64,000 bases of DNA, from the IMG/VR virus record IMGVR_UViG_3300029915_000005. The stretch is one strand, 5' to 3'. Made by a program: the position numbers and the translations under genes. Below the pieces are notes generated by a model, which searched no databases, was not told the origin of the DNA, and worked only from the letters and a program-made list of their open reading frames with translations. This DNA comes from a virus. Shown here piece by piece: positions 1 to 9,676 of the stretch (position 1 is the stretch's first letter; every line of letters starts with the position of its first letter).

Positions 1-98
1 AAAGAGATCGATTTATTTTGTATATGGGAACATGAGTGGAAACTAAATAAAGAAGAGATCAAGAAGCAAATTCTTGTCAAATTAGGATTGGTGTAATT

Positions 99-3000
99 AT
101 GGCCTGGAAAAAATATTTCAAAAAAGCAACGCCAAATCAAGATGGGGTTTTTAGTCCTCTTTCTCGACGCGGTGGCAGAAGCACTGGAGAAGACGCAGTT
201 GGTGTAAATAGTTATCCAAATCTTATTCAAGAGTCATATCTTGGATGCCCAAATCGTATAGAAAGATATCAGAATTTTGAAAGTATGGATCAGGATTCAG
301 AAGTGAACTCTGCCCTTGATATTTTAGCTGAATTTAGCACTCAAAGCAATGAGCAAGATAATATGTGTTTTAACGTAAAATTTAAAGAACCTCCGACAGA
401 AACTGAATCTAAAATTATCAAAAAGCAATTGCAGTCATGGTATTATTTGAATGAATTCAATAAAAGAGCATTTAGATTGTTTAGAAATGTTATTAAATAT
501 GGTGACCAAATCTTCCTTCGTGACCCAGAAACATTTAAATTATTTTATGTAGAAATGGATAATGTTATTAAAGTAATTGTAAATGAAAGCAAAGGTAAGA
601 AGCCAGAACAATATATTATTCGTAATATGGCTCCAAATTTTGAAAATTTAACAGCAACACAAGTTACAGCAAATAATCTTTATAATGTTGTTCCCAGTGG
701 GCCAGGATTTAATGCTGCTGGTTCTGGATATAATGCTCCCAATAGTCCTTACAGTTCTAGTAGTAGATTTACAAAAGGATTAAATGAACATGCTATTAAT
801 GCAGAACATATTCTTCATCTTTCATTGACTGAAGGACTTGATCCCAATTGGCCATTTGGTAATAGTATTTTGGAGTTAATTTTTAAAGTTTATAAACAGA
901 AGGAGTTACTGGAAGATAGTATTATCATTTATCGTGTTCAGAGAGCGCCAGAACGTAGAGTGTTCAAAATTGATGTTGGAGATATGCCTCAGCATTTGGC
1001 AATGGCATTCATTGAAAAAGTAAAAAATGAAATGCACCAACGTAGAATTCCAGGAAGATCAGATGGTGGAAATTTTCAAGATTCTACATATTTTAGTATG
1101 GCTCCAAATGCTGATTTTTTCTTTCCCATCACTTCCAGCGGTCGAGGATCTTCAGTTGAGCAATTGGCAGGTGGCTGCTTAAAAATGGATACTAAAGTTC
1201 CATTATTAGATGGTAGAACGCTTTCATTAATTGAATTAACTGAAGAATTCCAAGAAGGTAAAGAGAATTGGGTGTATAGTTGTAATCCAGAAACAGGAGA
1301 AGTAGTACCAGGAATTATTTCTTGGGCAGGAGTAACTCATGAGTCTGCCCAAGTAATGAAAATAACTCTTGATAATGAGGAAGAAATTATTTGTACTCTT
1401 GATCATAAATTTCCCATCCTAGAAAAAGGATTCGTTGAAGCAAAAGATTTGAGTATTGGAGAAAGATTTATTCCTTTTAATATTCAAAATAGAGAAATAT
1501 TAAAAACTAGAAAAAAACAATATACACAAGTATATCAAAATAATACTAAAAAATGGGAATTTGTTCATAGAATGATAGCTCATTGTTTAGCATTAGAAAA
1601 TTTTGTTTTTGATGAGCAATATAAAAATAGTAAAAAAGATGTAATTCACCATAAAAATTTTAACAGATTTGATAATTCTCCTTCTAATTTGGTTAGAATG
1701 GCATTTAAAGATCATACTGATTTTCATTCTTATTATGGATTTAGTAAGGATAGTCAAGTTCTTGGTACTATTGCTGCAAAAGAAAAAATGGAATTTATTA
1801 AAATTAACTATCCAGAAAAATATAAAAAGTTAATGAAAGAAAAAGGAAAGCGTCATAAAGAATTTTGGGCTTCTTTAAATATAGAAGAAAGGCAGCAATA
1901 TATTGATATTAAAAAAATCGGATTGCAGAATTATTTTAAAAATTTAACAGATAAAGAAAGAAATATTCGTATTGAAGAAATGATGCCAACTATTAATAGT
2001 TTAATTAAAGCATCTAAAGATAAGTTAGAAAAAATGAATACAGATGAAGATTATTATAACTGGGTTTGCGAGCATCAGCAAAAAGGTTGGGATAAATTTA
2101 AGAAAACACCAGAAGCAAAAATTCGTGGAAAGAAAATTGGAAATGATAATCGTTTAAGATTTTCTCGCCCTGGTTATACAGAGAATGTTTTTAAAAACCA
2201 AAGAGTAAAAGTTGATAAACAAACATTGGATTATGTTCAAAGTTTGGTTTTACAAAAAAATAAAATTAAAATAGTTGAAGCAATTAAATTATTTAATGAC
2301 ACAGATGAATATTTGAATTATTATTTAAATTTAAATAAAGAAACTTGCTGCGCAAATTGGAATAATGATAGATTGACTGGAAGCCAATTAAGAAATGCAT
2401 TGAAAATTCGTGGATATAAAAATTGGAAGCAATTCAGAGATGAAGTTAGATTATATAACCATGCCATAGTATCAATTGAATATTTGTCTGAGCCAATACA
2501 AGTTGGAACTTTAACTATTGATAAAGATGAAAAATATCATAATTATCATACTTTTGCTTTGGCTAGTGGAATTTTTACAAAAAATTCTAATTTGAATGAA
2601 ATTGATGATTTAAAATACTTTAATAATAAGATGATGCGTGGATTAAGAATTCCGAGTAGTTATCTTCCAACTGGTCAAGATGATAGCCCTTCAACAATAA
2701 ATGATGGAAGAGTTGGCACAGCATTAATTCAAGAATACAGATTTAATCAATATTGTGAAAGACTCCAAAAATTGGTTTGTGATCCTTTAGATTTGGAATT
2801 TAAAGCATATTTAAAATGGAGCGGAATTAATATTGATTCAAGTATGTTTCAATTGACTTTTAATCCACCACAAAATTTTGCTCACTATAGACAAGCAGAA
2901 TTAGATAGTTCTAAAATTAGCACATTTACTCAATTAGAAGGATATCAATATTTTAGTAAGAGATTTTTGATGGAACGATATCTTGGTATGACTTCTGAAG

Positions 3001-3260
3001 AAATCAATGAAAATCAAAAATTATGGAGAGAAGAAAATGTATCTCCTGATCAAATTGAATCAGAGCCTTCTGACTTGAGAAATCTTGGTATAACTGCTGG
3101 TGGTATTGATTCAGACTTACAAAACTTTGGTGGTGAAGAAGGTATGGGAGAAGAAATGCCAGAAGGCGGAGAAGAAGCTGCTCCTGGGGAAGGCACACCA
3201 GAAGGAGCTAATACTCCAGTTGCTGCTCAAGGCCCTGCACCAACTAGCTCAGGCGCTTAA
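99..3260 (+). CDS. gp20: Portal vertex protein (T4 gp20-like) containing an intein
   Basis: gp20 motifs DSEVNSALD, LLEDSIIIYRVQRAPERRVFKIDVG, IDDLKYFNNKMMRGLRIPSSYL; about 583 aa after removing the intein. Confidence 0.95.
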   Translation: MAWKKYFKKATPNQDGVFSPLSRRGGRSTGEDAVGVNSYPNLIQESYLGCPNRIERYQNFESMDQDSEVNSALDILAEFSTQSNEQDNMCFNVKFKEPPTETESKIIKKQLQSWYYLNEFNKRAFRLFRNVIKYGDQIFLRDPETFKLFYVEMDNVIKVIVNESKGKKPEQYIIRNMAPNFENLTATQVTANNLYNVVPSGPGFNAAGSGYNAPNSPYSSSSRFTKGLNEHAINAEHILHLSLTEGLDPNWPFGNSILELIFKVYKQKELLEDSIIIYRVQRAPERRVFKIDVGDMPQHLAMAFIEKVKNEMHQRRIPGRSDGGNFQDSTYFSMAPNADFFFPITSSGRGSSVEQLAGGCLKMDTKVPLLDGRTLSLIELTEEFQEGKENWVYSCNPETGEVVPGIISWAGVTHESAQVMKITLDNEEEIICTLDHKFPILEKGFVEAKDLSIGERFIPFNIQNREILKTRKKQYTQVYQNNTKKWEFVHRMIAHCLALENFVFDEQYKNSKKDVIHHKNFNRFDNSPSNLVRMAFKDHTDFHSYYGFSKDSQVLGTIAAKEKMEFIKINYPEKYKKLMKEKGKRHKEFWASLNIEERQQYIDIKKIGLQNYFKNLTDKERNIRIEEMMPTINSLIKASKDKLEKMNTDEDYYNWVCEHQQKGWDKFKKTPEAKIRGKKIGNDNRLRFSRPGYTENVFKNQRVKVDKQTLDYVQSLVLQKNKIKIVEAIKLFNDTDEYLNYYLNLNKETCCANWNNDRLTGSQLRNALKIRGYKNWKQFRDEVRLYNHAIVSIEYLSEPIQVGTLTIDKDEKYHNYHTFALASGIFTKNSNLNEIDDLKYFNNKMMRGLRIPSSYLPTGQDDSPSTINDGRVGTALIQEYRFNQYCERLQKLVCDPLDLEFKAYLKWSGINIDSSMFQLTFNPPQNFAHYRQAELDSSKISTFTQLEGYQYFSKRFLMERYLGMTSEEINENQKLWREENVSPDQIESEPSDLRNLGITAGGIDSDLQNFGGEEGMGEEMPEGGEEAAPGEGTPEGANTPVAAQGPAPTSSGA
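1176..2585 (+). mobile_element. Cis intein (470 aa) with internal HNH endonuclease in the portal
   Basis: Starts CLKMDTKVPLLDG, block B TLDHKF, ends HTFALASGIFTKN followed by Ser; HNH motif VHRMIA...IHHKNFNRFDNSPSNL. Confidence 0.9.
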
Positions 3261-3299
3261 TTATTTGGGATATTGAATAAATACTTTATGAGGTGAAAT

Positions 3300-3851
3300 A
3301 TGAATTTAACTGAAGAAATGACAAAATATAAAAATGTTATTAATGAGGATATCTTTGATTCTGTTAATGATTTTTTTAGTCCGATAACTAATATTATTCA
3401 ACCACAAACAGTTACGATGATTTACAAAAAAGATGGCAAGTATTATGAAAAATCTTTGCATATCAAAACTGGTATTCGCTTAGAAAGACTTAAAAATTGG
3501 TGCGACGATTATCTTGAAGGGTTTGGAGCAACTCCAGTTAGATTGACTGCTGAAAATGGAGCTTTTTTGGCCGGCAATAATAAGCTTCCTCCTCCAGAAT
3601 TAATCAATATTGAAGAAAGTTTCGAAAGTGTGCGAGATGAAAAAGATGAACATTTTTATGGAAAAGAAAATGATGATAAAAATTTAAATAATGCTTTAAA
3701 TGCCCCAATTAAGAAAAATAAATCTTATAAAGAAGGATATGAGGCTGCATTGGGTGAATTTTGGAATGAATATAGAAATATAATTGACAATTTAATCAAA
3801 AGGGATGAAGTAAAATCAATTTTATATAAATTGCTAGATAAAAACAAGTAA
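3300..3851 (+). CDS. Hypothetical, probable internal head (cargo) protein
   Basis: Late promoter and SD upstream; N-terminus MNLTEEMTKYKNVINE shared with 4437 and 7782; shares a module with 4437. Confidence 0.6.
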   Translation: MNLTEEMTKYKNVINEDIFDSVNDFFSPITNIIQPQTVTMIYKKDGKYYEKSLHIKTGIRLERLKNWCDDYLEGFGATPVRLTAENGAFLAGNNKLPPPELINIEESFESVRDEKDEHFYGKENDDKNLNNALNAPIKKNKSYKEGYEAALGEFWNEYRNIIDNLIKRDEVKSILYKLLDKNK

Positions 3852-3865
3852 TTATGAGATAAAAT

Positions 3866-4093
3866 ATGCAACTAAAAGAAATGTTTTCTGAATACGACAC
3901 TGGTTATACATCTCCAGAAGATGATAATAGTATTCCCAGACTAAGTGATCTTAGAAAAACTAAGCTAACTCTTGGTCAAATTAATCGTCTTAGAAAGATC
4001 GAAGATGTTAGAAGATTTGAGCAACAAGAAAATTTAGAAAATATTCAAAGACAATATGGCAAACCAGCAGAAAGTGCTGGTGGAATGATGTAA
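3866..4093 (+). CDS. Hypothetical head-region protein
   Basis: Intact ORF between portal and protease; MQLKEMFSE N-terminus. Confidence 0.6.
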   Translation: MQLKEMFSEYDTGYTSPEDDNSIPRLSDLRKTKLTLGQINRLRKIEDVRRFEQQENLENIQRQYGKPAESAGGMM

Positions 4094-4440
4094 TGAAGAT
4101 ATTTGAAATTGCTGCTAGATCAATTAATGATCCACTTGGCTATAAAACGCATCAATTAACTCTCCCTGATGATATTCATGGTCAAACTTTTCATTTAGAG
4201 TTTGTGGGATCCAGTAAAAAATTTCCAAATACAGTTAGAGCCAAATATGATAATGAAGAATTATATAATAAAGAATATATTGTTACAGTTTATGATCGTT
4301 TGACTAATGAAGTTGAAGTAATTCATTTGGGTCAAAATCATTTGAAAGTTACTTATGATTTCGCCAATCCTGAAGAAGCACAAGAGTATTTGGATGAATT
4401 TCATATTAAATTACTAATTGGAAAGGGGTATATAAAATGA
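4093..4440 (+). CDS. Hypothetical protein
   Basis: Translationally coupled (TAATG); MKIFEI N-terminus. Confidence 0.6.
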   Translation: MKIFEIAARSINDPLGYKTHQLTLPDDIHGQTFHLEFVGSSKKFPNTVRAKYDNEELYNKEYIVTVYDRLTNEVEVIHLGQNHLKVTYDFANPEEAQEYLDEFHIKLLIGKGYIK

Positions 4441-5171
4441 ACCTTATTGAAGAGATTTTTAAATATCGAGCAGTTATTATTAACGAAGAAAAAGAATTTT
4501 ATCTTGATGCGTTGAAAAGATTATTGAAAACTTCTGCTAAGAAAGGAGATACTGCTGCATATTTTTATTATGACCAATTATCAAATAAACCAAATGTAGT
4601 TGCATTCACAGAATTTGATAACTTTATTCATAGTTGGGCAGGAGGACTATGGAGAAGAAGATATAAGAATGAAATCCAAAATTTAGCAGATAAATTAAAT
4701 AGTGAAGATGCGAGCAGAGGTCTATCAAAAAAATGGATAGTTGAAAGTTTTGATAGTGTGAGAAATGAAAAAGATGAGCATTTTTATGCTCAAGAAAACG
4801 ACGATAAGAACTTAAAAAATGCTATTAACGATAATAACGATGAATTAAAAGAAATTGTCGATAAACATGCAAAGAATGGAATTAAAATTTCACTTTCAGT
4901 GCGACCAGATAGAATAATAGTTAACGTGATTAATGTAAAACCAGAAAATCGTAATAAAGGATTTGGCACAGCTCTTATGAAAGATTTATGCTCTTATGCT
5001 GACAAAGTTCAAAAAACGATGTTTTTAACACCCAGTAAAGATTTTGGAGCAACGTCTGTCAATAGATTAAAAAAATTTTATAGTGAATTTGGATTTAAAA
5101 GTAATAAAGGAAAAACTATAGATTTTTCTGCAAAAGAGACAATGATTAGAAAACCAACGAAACATAAGTAA
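4437..5171 (+). CDS. Modular protein with C-terminal GNAT acetyltransferase domain
   Basis: Acetyl-CoA motif A VKPENRNKGFGTALMKDL and LKKFYSEFGF. Confidence 0.75.
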   Translation: MNLIEEIFKYRAVIINEEKEFYLDALKRLLKTSAKKGDTAAYFYYDQLSNKPNVVAFTEFDNFIHSWAGGLWRRRYKNEIQNLADKLNSEDASRGLSKKWIVESFDSVRNEKDEHFYAQENDDKNLKNAINDNNDELKEIVDKHAKNGIKISLSVRPDRIIVNVINVKPENRNKGFGTALMKDLCSYADKVQKTMFLTPSKDFGATSVNRLKKFYSEFGFKSNKGKTIDFSAKETMIRKPTKHK

Positions 5172-5271
5172 TTCGTGCTTAATTAAAAGAAATGCATAAA
5201 TCATAATAAATAACTTTAAGAGTTGATTTATGCGTAATCAAACAATTTTAAAGTAACACAGGAGAATTAAG

Positions 5272-6183
5272 ATGGCATCCAACAAATTTGAGAAGTTAAT
5301 TGAATACGTGGTAGCTAATGATGAAAAGAAAGCTCGTCAGCTTTTCCACAAAATCGTAGTTGAAAAGAGTCGCAAAATTTACGAGGATTTAGATATTGAA
5401 GATAATTCTCGGGCTTTTGACGAGGTTGAATCAGATGAAACTTCATTAGATGACGCTGCTGGTCCAGTTGATGAATTTGGCGGGGACGAAGTAGACGATC
5501 TAGAGCATGATACATTTTCAGAAGAAGGCGATGAAGATTTTGGTGAAGGATTGCCAACTGATGACGAATTTGGAGCAGAAGGCGAATTGACACCAGAAGT
5601 GGATGATCGTCTTGCTGATTTGGAATCAAGTTTCGATGAATTGAAAGCTGAATTTGAAGCATTGCTTGGCGATGAAGAAAAAACAGATGAAGATATTATC
5701 GATAAAAACGAAGACGAAGAAGAAGATATCGAAATTGAAGATGAAAATCTTGAAGACGATGAAGAAGCTGAAGAAGATTTAGAATCTGACGATTTAGAAT
5801 CTGAAGATTTAGATAGTGACGAAAAAGAAGAAGACGAAGACGAAGAAGAAGAGAAAGTTGAAGAAGATGAGCCAGTTGACGAAAGCGTAATTCGTGAGTA
5901 TGTTGACAAAGTAACTAAAGGTCTTGCCAATACTACAGAAGAGCCATCAACTAATAAGAAATCAGTAGTTGCTGGAAAGAATCCTCTTGGTGCAGGCTCT
6001 GCTAGTCCAAAGAACATTGTTGCTGGCGGAACTGAAAAAGGACGCACTGCTCCAACATCTGGTAAGTTTACCACAGAACCAATTGTAAACGTTCCTGGTG
6101 GAAAAGCTAAGTTAAAACCAGTTGCAAAACCAGTTACAACTAAAGAAGCAGAAGGAACAAACAAAAAGAGTAATTTGTCATAA
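5272..6183 (+). CDS. Highly acidic prohead core protein (gp67-like by position)
   Basis: SD AGGAG; D/E-rich centre; directly upstream of the protease. Confidence 0.6.
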   Translation: MASNKFEKLIEYVVANDEKKARQLFHKIVVEKSRKIYEDLDIEDNSRAFDEVESDETSLDDAAGPVDEFGGDEVDDLEHDTFSEEGDEDFGEGLPTDDEFGAEGELTPEVDDRLADLESSFDELKAEFEALLGDEEKTDEDIIDKNEDEEEDIEIEDENLEDDEEAEEDLESDDLESEDLDSDEKEEDEDEEEEKVEEDEPVDESVIREYVDKVTKGLANTTEEPSTNKKSVVAGKNPLGAGSASPKNIVAGGTEKGRTAPTSGKFTTEPIVNVPGGKAKLKPVAKPVTTKEAEGTNKKSNLS

Positions 6184-6196
6184 TTGTTAAGCAATG

Positions 6197-6239
6197 AAAT
6201 TGTGGCGAGGTGATTTTACATCGCCTCGCCACAATTTTT
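6197..6239 (+). terminator. Intrinsic terminator-like hairpin
   Basis: aaattgtggcgaggtgat / atcgcctcgccacaattt stem followed by T run. Confidence 0.7.
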
Positions 6240-6254
6240 AAGAGGGGAAATAAA

Positions 6255-6905
6255 ATGGAAAGAATTCCACTATTTGAATATCAACATCAAAGTGCAGTAG
6301 CTACAGAATTACTAGAAGCAGTAGATCCTTTGACTGGTGCTAAGAAAAAAGATTTATATATGAAAGGAATTTTCATTCAAGGTGACATAAGAAACCAAAA
6401 TCAAAGAGTTTATCCAGTTTATGAGATTAAGAAAGCTGTTGATTCTATTACGGCATTAATAAATGAAAATATTTCAATTTTCGGCGAAGGGGACCATCCG
6501 GCTGATTTAAAGATTAATCTTGATCGAGTGTCTCATGTTATTACAGGTATGTGGATGGAGGGAGCTAATGGTTTTGGAAAATTAAAAGTATTACCTACTC
6601 CAATGGGAAATATTATTAAAGCTATTCTTGAAAGTGGATGTAAATTGGGAGTTAGTTCTCGTGGTTCAGGAAATGTAAATGAATCTACAGGACAAGTTTC
6701 GGATTTTGAGATTATAACAGTGGATTGTGTATGTCAGCCAAGTGCTCCAAATGCATACCCTGTTCCAATTTACGAATCTCTAAAAAATTACAAAAGAAAT
6801 GGAGATAATTTATTGGAAATGGCAGCAGAGGTAAATTCAGATACTAAAGTACAAAAATATTTACAAAATGAAATAATTAGATTCATTAAGGACTTAAAAT
6901 TATAA
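6255..6905 (+). CDS. gp21: Prohead core protease (T4 gp21-like)
   Basis: GIFIQGDIRNQNQRVYP, GEGDHP, LGVSSRGSG motifs; ATG at 6255 follows SD GAGGGG. Confidence 0.95.
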   Translation: MERIPLFEYQHQSAVATELLEAVDPLTGAKKKDLYMKGIFIQGDIRNQNQRVYPVYEIKKAVDSITALINENISIFGEGDHPADLKINLDRVSHVITGMWMEGANGFGKLKVLPTPMGNIIKAILESGCKLGVSSRGSGNVNESTGQVSDFEIITVDCVCQPSAPNAYPVPIYESLKNYKRNGDNLLEMAAEVNSDTKVQKYLQNEIIRFIKDLKL

Positions 6906-7756
6906 TGAGAGAAACAAAAGCATTTGTTTATAAATGGACTGAACTTTCTACAGGAAAATGGTATATAGGTTCACGAACTAAAAAAGGATGTAATCAAGAT
7001 GATGGTTATATTTGTTCTAGTAAAATTGTAAAACCATTAATATTAGAAAATAAGTTTAATTGGTTTAGAGAAATATTATTTGAAGGAGAACCAAAAGAAG
7101 TAAGAGAATATGAAACAAAATTATTAGTATCATTAAATGCAGCATATGATATTAATAGTTATAATCAGCATAATAGTGATGGCAAATGGCACACAATAGG
7201 AAAAGAACCATGGAATAAAGGAAAACATGGAGTTCAATCTCCAGTTTGGAACAAAGGATTACCAGCAGAAATGCAACCATTTTATGGAAAAGTTTTTTCA
7301 GTAGAACATAGAAAGAATTTAAGTGAATCAAGTATAGAATACTGGAAAGAACATGAAGGAAGAGAACCATGGAATAAAGGATTAATTTTGGGTTCACAAT
7401 CTGTAGAAGTAATTAAAAAGAGAACATCATGGCAAAAAGGTTGTAAACGATCAGAATTAGTAGGAAGAAAAATTAGTGAAACTAAAAATATGAAGAGAAA
7501 GGAACGAGAACTTTCTGGTATTAAATTATTTTCCTGGGAAGAAAAATATTCTCAAGAATATATTGAAAAAAGAAAATCAAAACTTGCAGAAAAATTTAAA
7601 GTTAATAATCCTAATTCTAAAAATAAAGGAAAATCATGGGACGAAATAATGGGACCAGAACGAGCAGAAGAGAGAAGAAATAAATTGAAAAATCCTAAAA
7701 GACCAAGAAAGAAAAGAAATGATATAGGACTGACAAGAAATAAAAATATTACATAA
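6905..7756 (+). CDS. GIY-YIG (Seg-like) homing endonuclease with PWNKG/NUMOD3-type repeats
   Basis: FVYKW...WYIGSR; repeated PWNKG. Confidence 0.8.
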   Translation: MRETKAFVYKWTELSTGKWYIGSRTKKGCNQDDGYICSSKIVKPLILENKFNWFREILFEGEPKEVREYETKLLVSLNAAYDINSYNQHNSDGKWHTIGKEPWNKGKHGVQSPVWNKGLPAEMQPFYGKVFSVEHRKNLSESSIEYWKEHEGREPWNKGLILGSQSVEVIKKRTSWQKGCKRSELVGRKISETKNMKRKERELSGIKLFSWEEKYSQEYIEKRKSKLAEKFKVNNPNSKNKGKSWDEIMGPERAEERRNKLKNPKRPRKKRNDIGLTRNKNIT

Positions 7757-7781
7757 ATATAAATGAAATGGGAGTTATGTC

Positions 7782-8498
7782 ATGAATTTAACAGAAGAAA
7801 TTTCTAAATATAAAAATATCGTTAAAGAAGAATGGGATTATGGCAAGGGAATTTATGATAAAGCTCCTGTAAAAACAGTGTCATCTTCAACAAATGGCCC
7901 GCTGAAGAATGTTAAAGCAGAAGATAAAGAACCAACTCCAGCCAAACTAACCCCAGTTAAGAAAGAAGAAATAGTACAACCCAAAGAATTTCGATCAGCA
8001 AGAGACAAAAAGCCAGGTCCATTTACTAAAAAAGCAAAAGTTGAAGAAGCATGGAACAAAGAAATGAAAACCCCAGAAAGCAAGAAAGGCATGTTCAAGG
8101 GAAAAACAAAAGATGAATTAAAATCTGAATTATCAGCAGCTAAAGAACGCTCCAAGAAATTACATGATGCAGATAAGTCAGAGCCAGAATCATTGAAGAC
8201 TAAAATTAAAGAACTTGAATTTGCTTTAAGAGCGAAGAATAAGTTTGGTAAAGTAAGTGAATCTGTTGATATGAAAAGATGCAAAGGGTGTGGAAAGAAA
8301 ACAAAATCGAAATATTGCTCAGATGACTGTCGTGCTGAATATCTTAAATCCTATCTTAACTCAATGACTAAAGCTCCTTCAATCGCTAATGAGCGAGAAT
8401 TTAATCAAGGTTGGTCGGCTGCTTTAGATGAAGTATGTGAATATATTATTGGTGCTGGCTATCCAAAGTTGGCCAAAGAATTAAGAGAGAATTTTTAA
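7782..8498 (+). CDS. Hypothetical modular head-associated protein with zinc finger
   Basis: MNLTEEISKYKNIVKEE N-terminus; CKGC...YCSDDC after a KVSE site. Confidence 0.6.
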   Translation: MNLTEEISKYKNIVKEEWDYGKGIYDKAPVKTVSSSTNGPLKNVKAEDKEPTPAKLTPVKKEEIVQPKEFRSARDKKPGPFTKKAKVEEAWNKEMKTPESKKGMFKGKTKDELKSELSAAKERSKKLHDADKSEPESLKTKIKELEFALRAKNKFGKVSESVDMKRCKGCGKKTKSKYCSDDCRAEYLKSYLNSMTKAPSIANEREFNQGWSAALDEVCEYIIGAGYPKLAKELRENF

Positions 8499-8575
8499 GA
8501 ATAAGTATAAGTTTTTTAAGCTTATATGTATGAAAATATGTATTAGATGTAAATATTATTAATGGGAGACATATT

Positions 8576-9661
8576 ATGTTAGAGATCCTAAAACCACTTC
8601 TTGAAAGTGGATTAGTAAATGAAGAAACTCGCACAGCCATTAATGAAGCATGGCAAAGCAAGCTCAAAGAAGTTAAGTCTCAAGTAAGGACTGAAATTCG
8701 TGAAGAGTTTGCTGGTCGTTACGAGCATGATAAAGCAACTATGATTAAAACTCTTGATAAAATGGTTTCAGAGACACTAAGCAATGAAGTCAAACAAATC
8801 AAAGAAGAGCGCAATCAAGTAGCTAAATTGAAAATTCAAACAATCAAAGAAACTAAACAAGCAGCAGCAAAATTTAATAAATTTGCAACAAGAGCATTAG
8901 CTGAAGAATTGGCTGAATTTGCTCAAGAACGCAAATTAAGTGAAGCACACAAGAATAAATTAGAAAAATTTATTATGAGTTCTCTCGCAGAAGAAATTAA
9001 TGAGTTTGCTCAAGACAAAAAGAATTTAGTTGAAACAAAAGTTAAACTTATTTCAGAAGCAAAGAATCAATTAAATCTTTTGAAACAGAAATTTGTTGCA
9101 AGAAGCAGCAAAGCCGTAAGCGAGATAGTTGCACAAACATTGAATCATGAGCTAAAGCAACTACACGAAGATATTAAGATCGCCCGCCAAAATAATTTCG
9201 GACGTAAGATTTATGAAGCGTTCGCAACTGAATTCACTGGAACTTATCTTAACGAAAACGCAGAAGTTAAGAAACTGCGTAACGAAATTGAAAGAGTTAC
9301 TAATAAATTAACAGAAGCAAAGAAAGAAGTAGTAACAAAAACTAAATTAGTTGAATCAAAAGACAAAGACTTAACAATTATTAAAAATAGAGCAGAAAGA
9401 TCAAAGATTTTATCTGAATTATTTTCTCCTCTTGAAAAAAGCAAAAAAGAAGTAATGACTCAATTGTTAGAAAATGTGCAGACAAATCAGTTAAGATCAG
9501 CATATGATAAGTATTTGCCAGCAGTTTTAAATAATAGAACTAAGCCAGTTATTGAGACTGGTAAAGATTTGTTAAATGAATCAACTGGTAATAAAAACAA
9601 AGTAGTACCCGTCGAAGCGGATTCTTTAGTAGATATTAAACGTTTGGCAGGGCTAAAGTAA
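8576..9661 (+). CDS. gp22: Prohead core scaffold protein (T4 gp22-like)
   Basis: Coiled-coil, precedes capsid gene, many L/I/V-x-E sites, C-terminal IKRLAGLK. Confidence 0.85.
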   Translation: MLEILKPLLESGLVNEETRTAINEAWQSKLKEVKSQVRTEIREEFAGRYEHDKATMIKTLDKMVSETLSNEVKQIKEERNQVAKLKIQTIKETKQAAAKFNKFATRALAEELAEFAQERKLSEAHKNKLEKFIMSSLAEEINEFAQDKKNLVETKVKLISEAKNQLNLLKQKFVARSSKAVSEIVAQTLNHELKQLHEDIKIARQNNFGRKIYEAFATEFTGTYLNENAEVKKLRNEIERVTNKLTEAKKEVVTKTKLVESKDKDLTIIKNRAERSKILSELFSPLEKSKKEVMTQLLENVQTNQLRSAYDKYLPAVLNNRTKPVIETGKDLLNESTGNKNKVVPVEADSLVDIKRLAGLK

Positions 9662-9676
9662 ATAAAGGAGAATACA

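Noticed and set aside
5315-6194. Antisense Ser-rich ORFs
   Set aside because: Shadow of GAA/GAT-rich acidic coding on the plus strand; the same applies to other antisense ORFs inside long genes
6210-6254. Upstream starts in the ORF track (6210, 20159, 29791, 36259, 46038, 54277, 55893, 57012, 61697, 63203)
   Set aside because: They lie in terminators, promoters or upstream genes; downstream ATGs have SD sites or match paralogue starts
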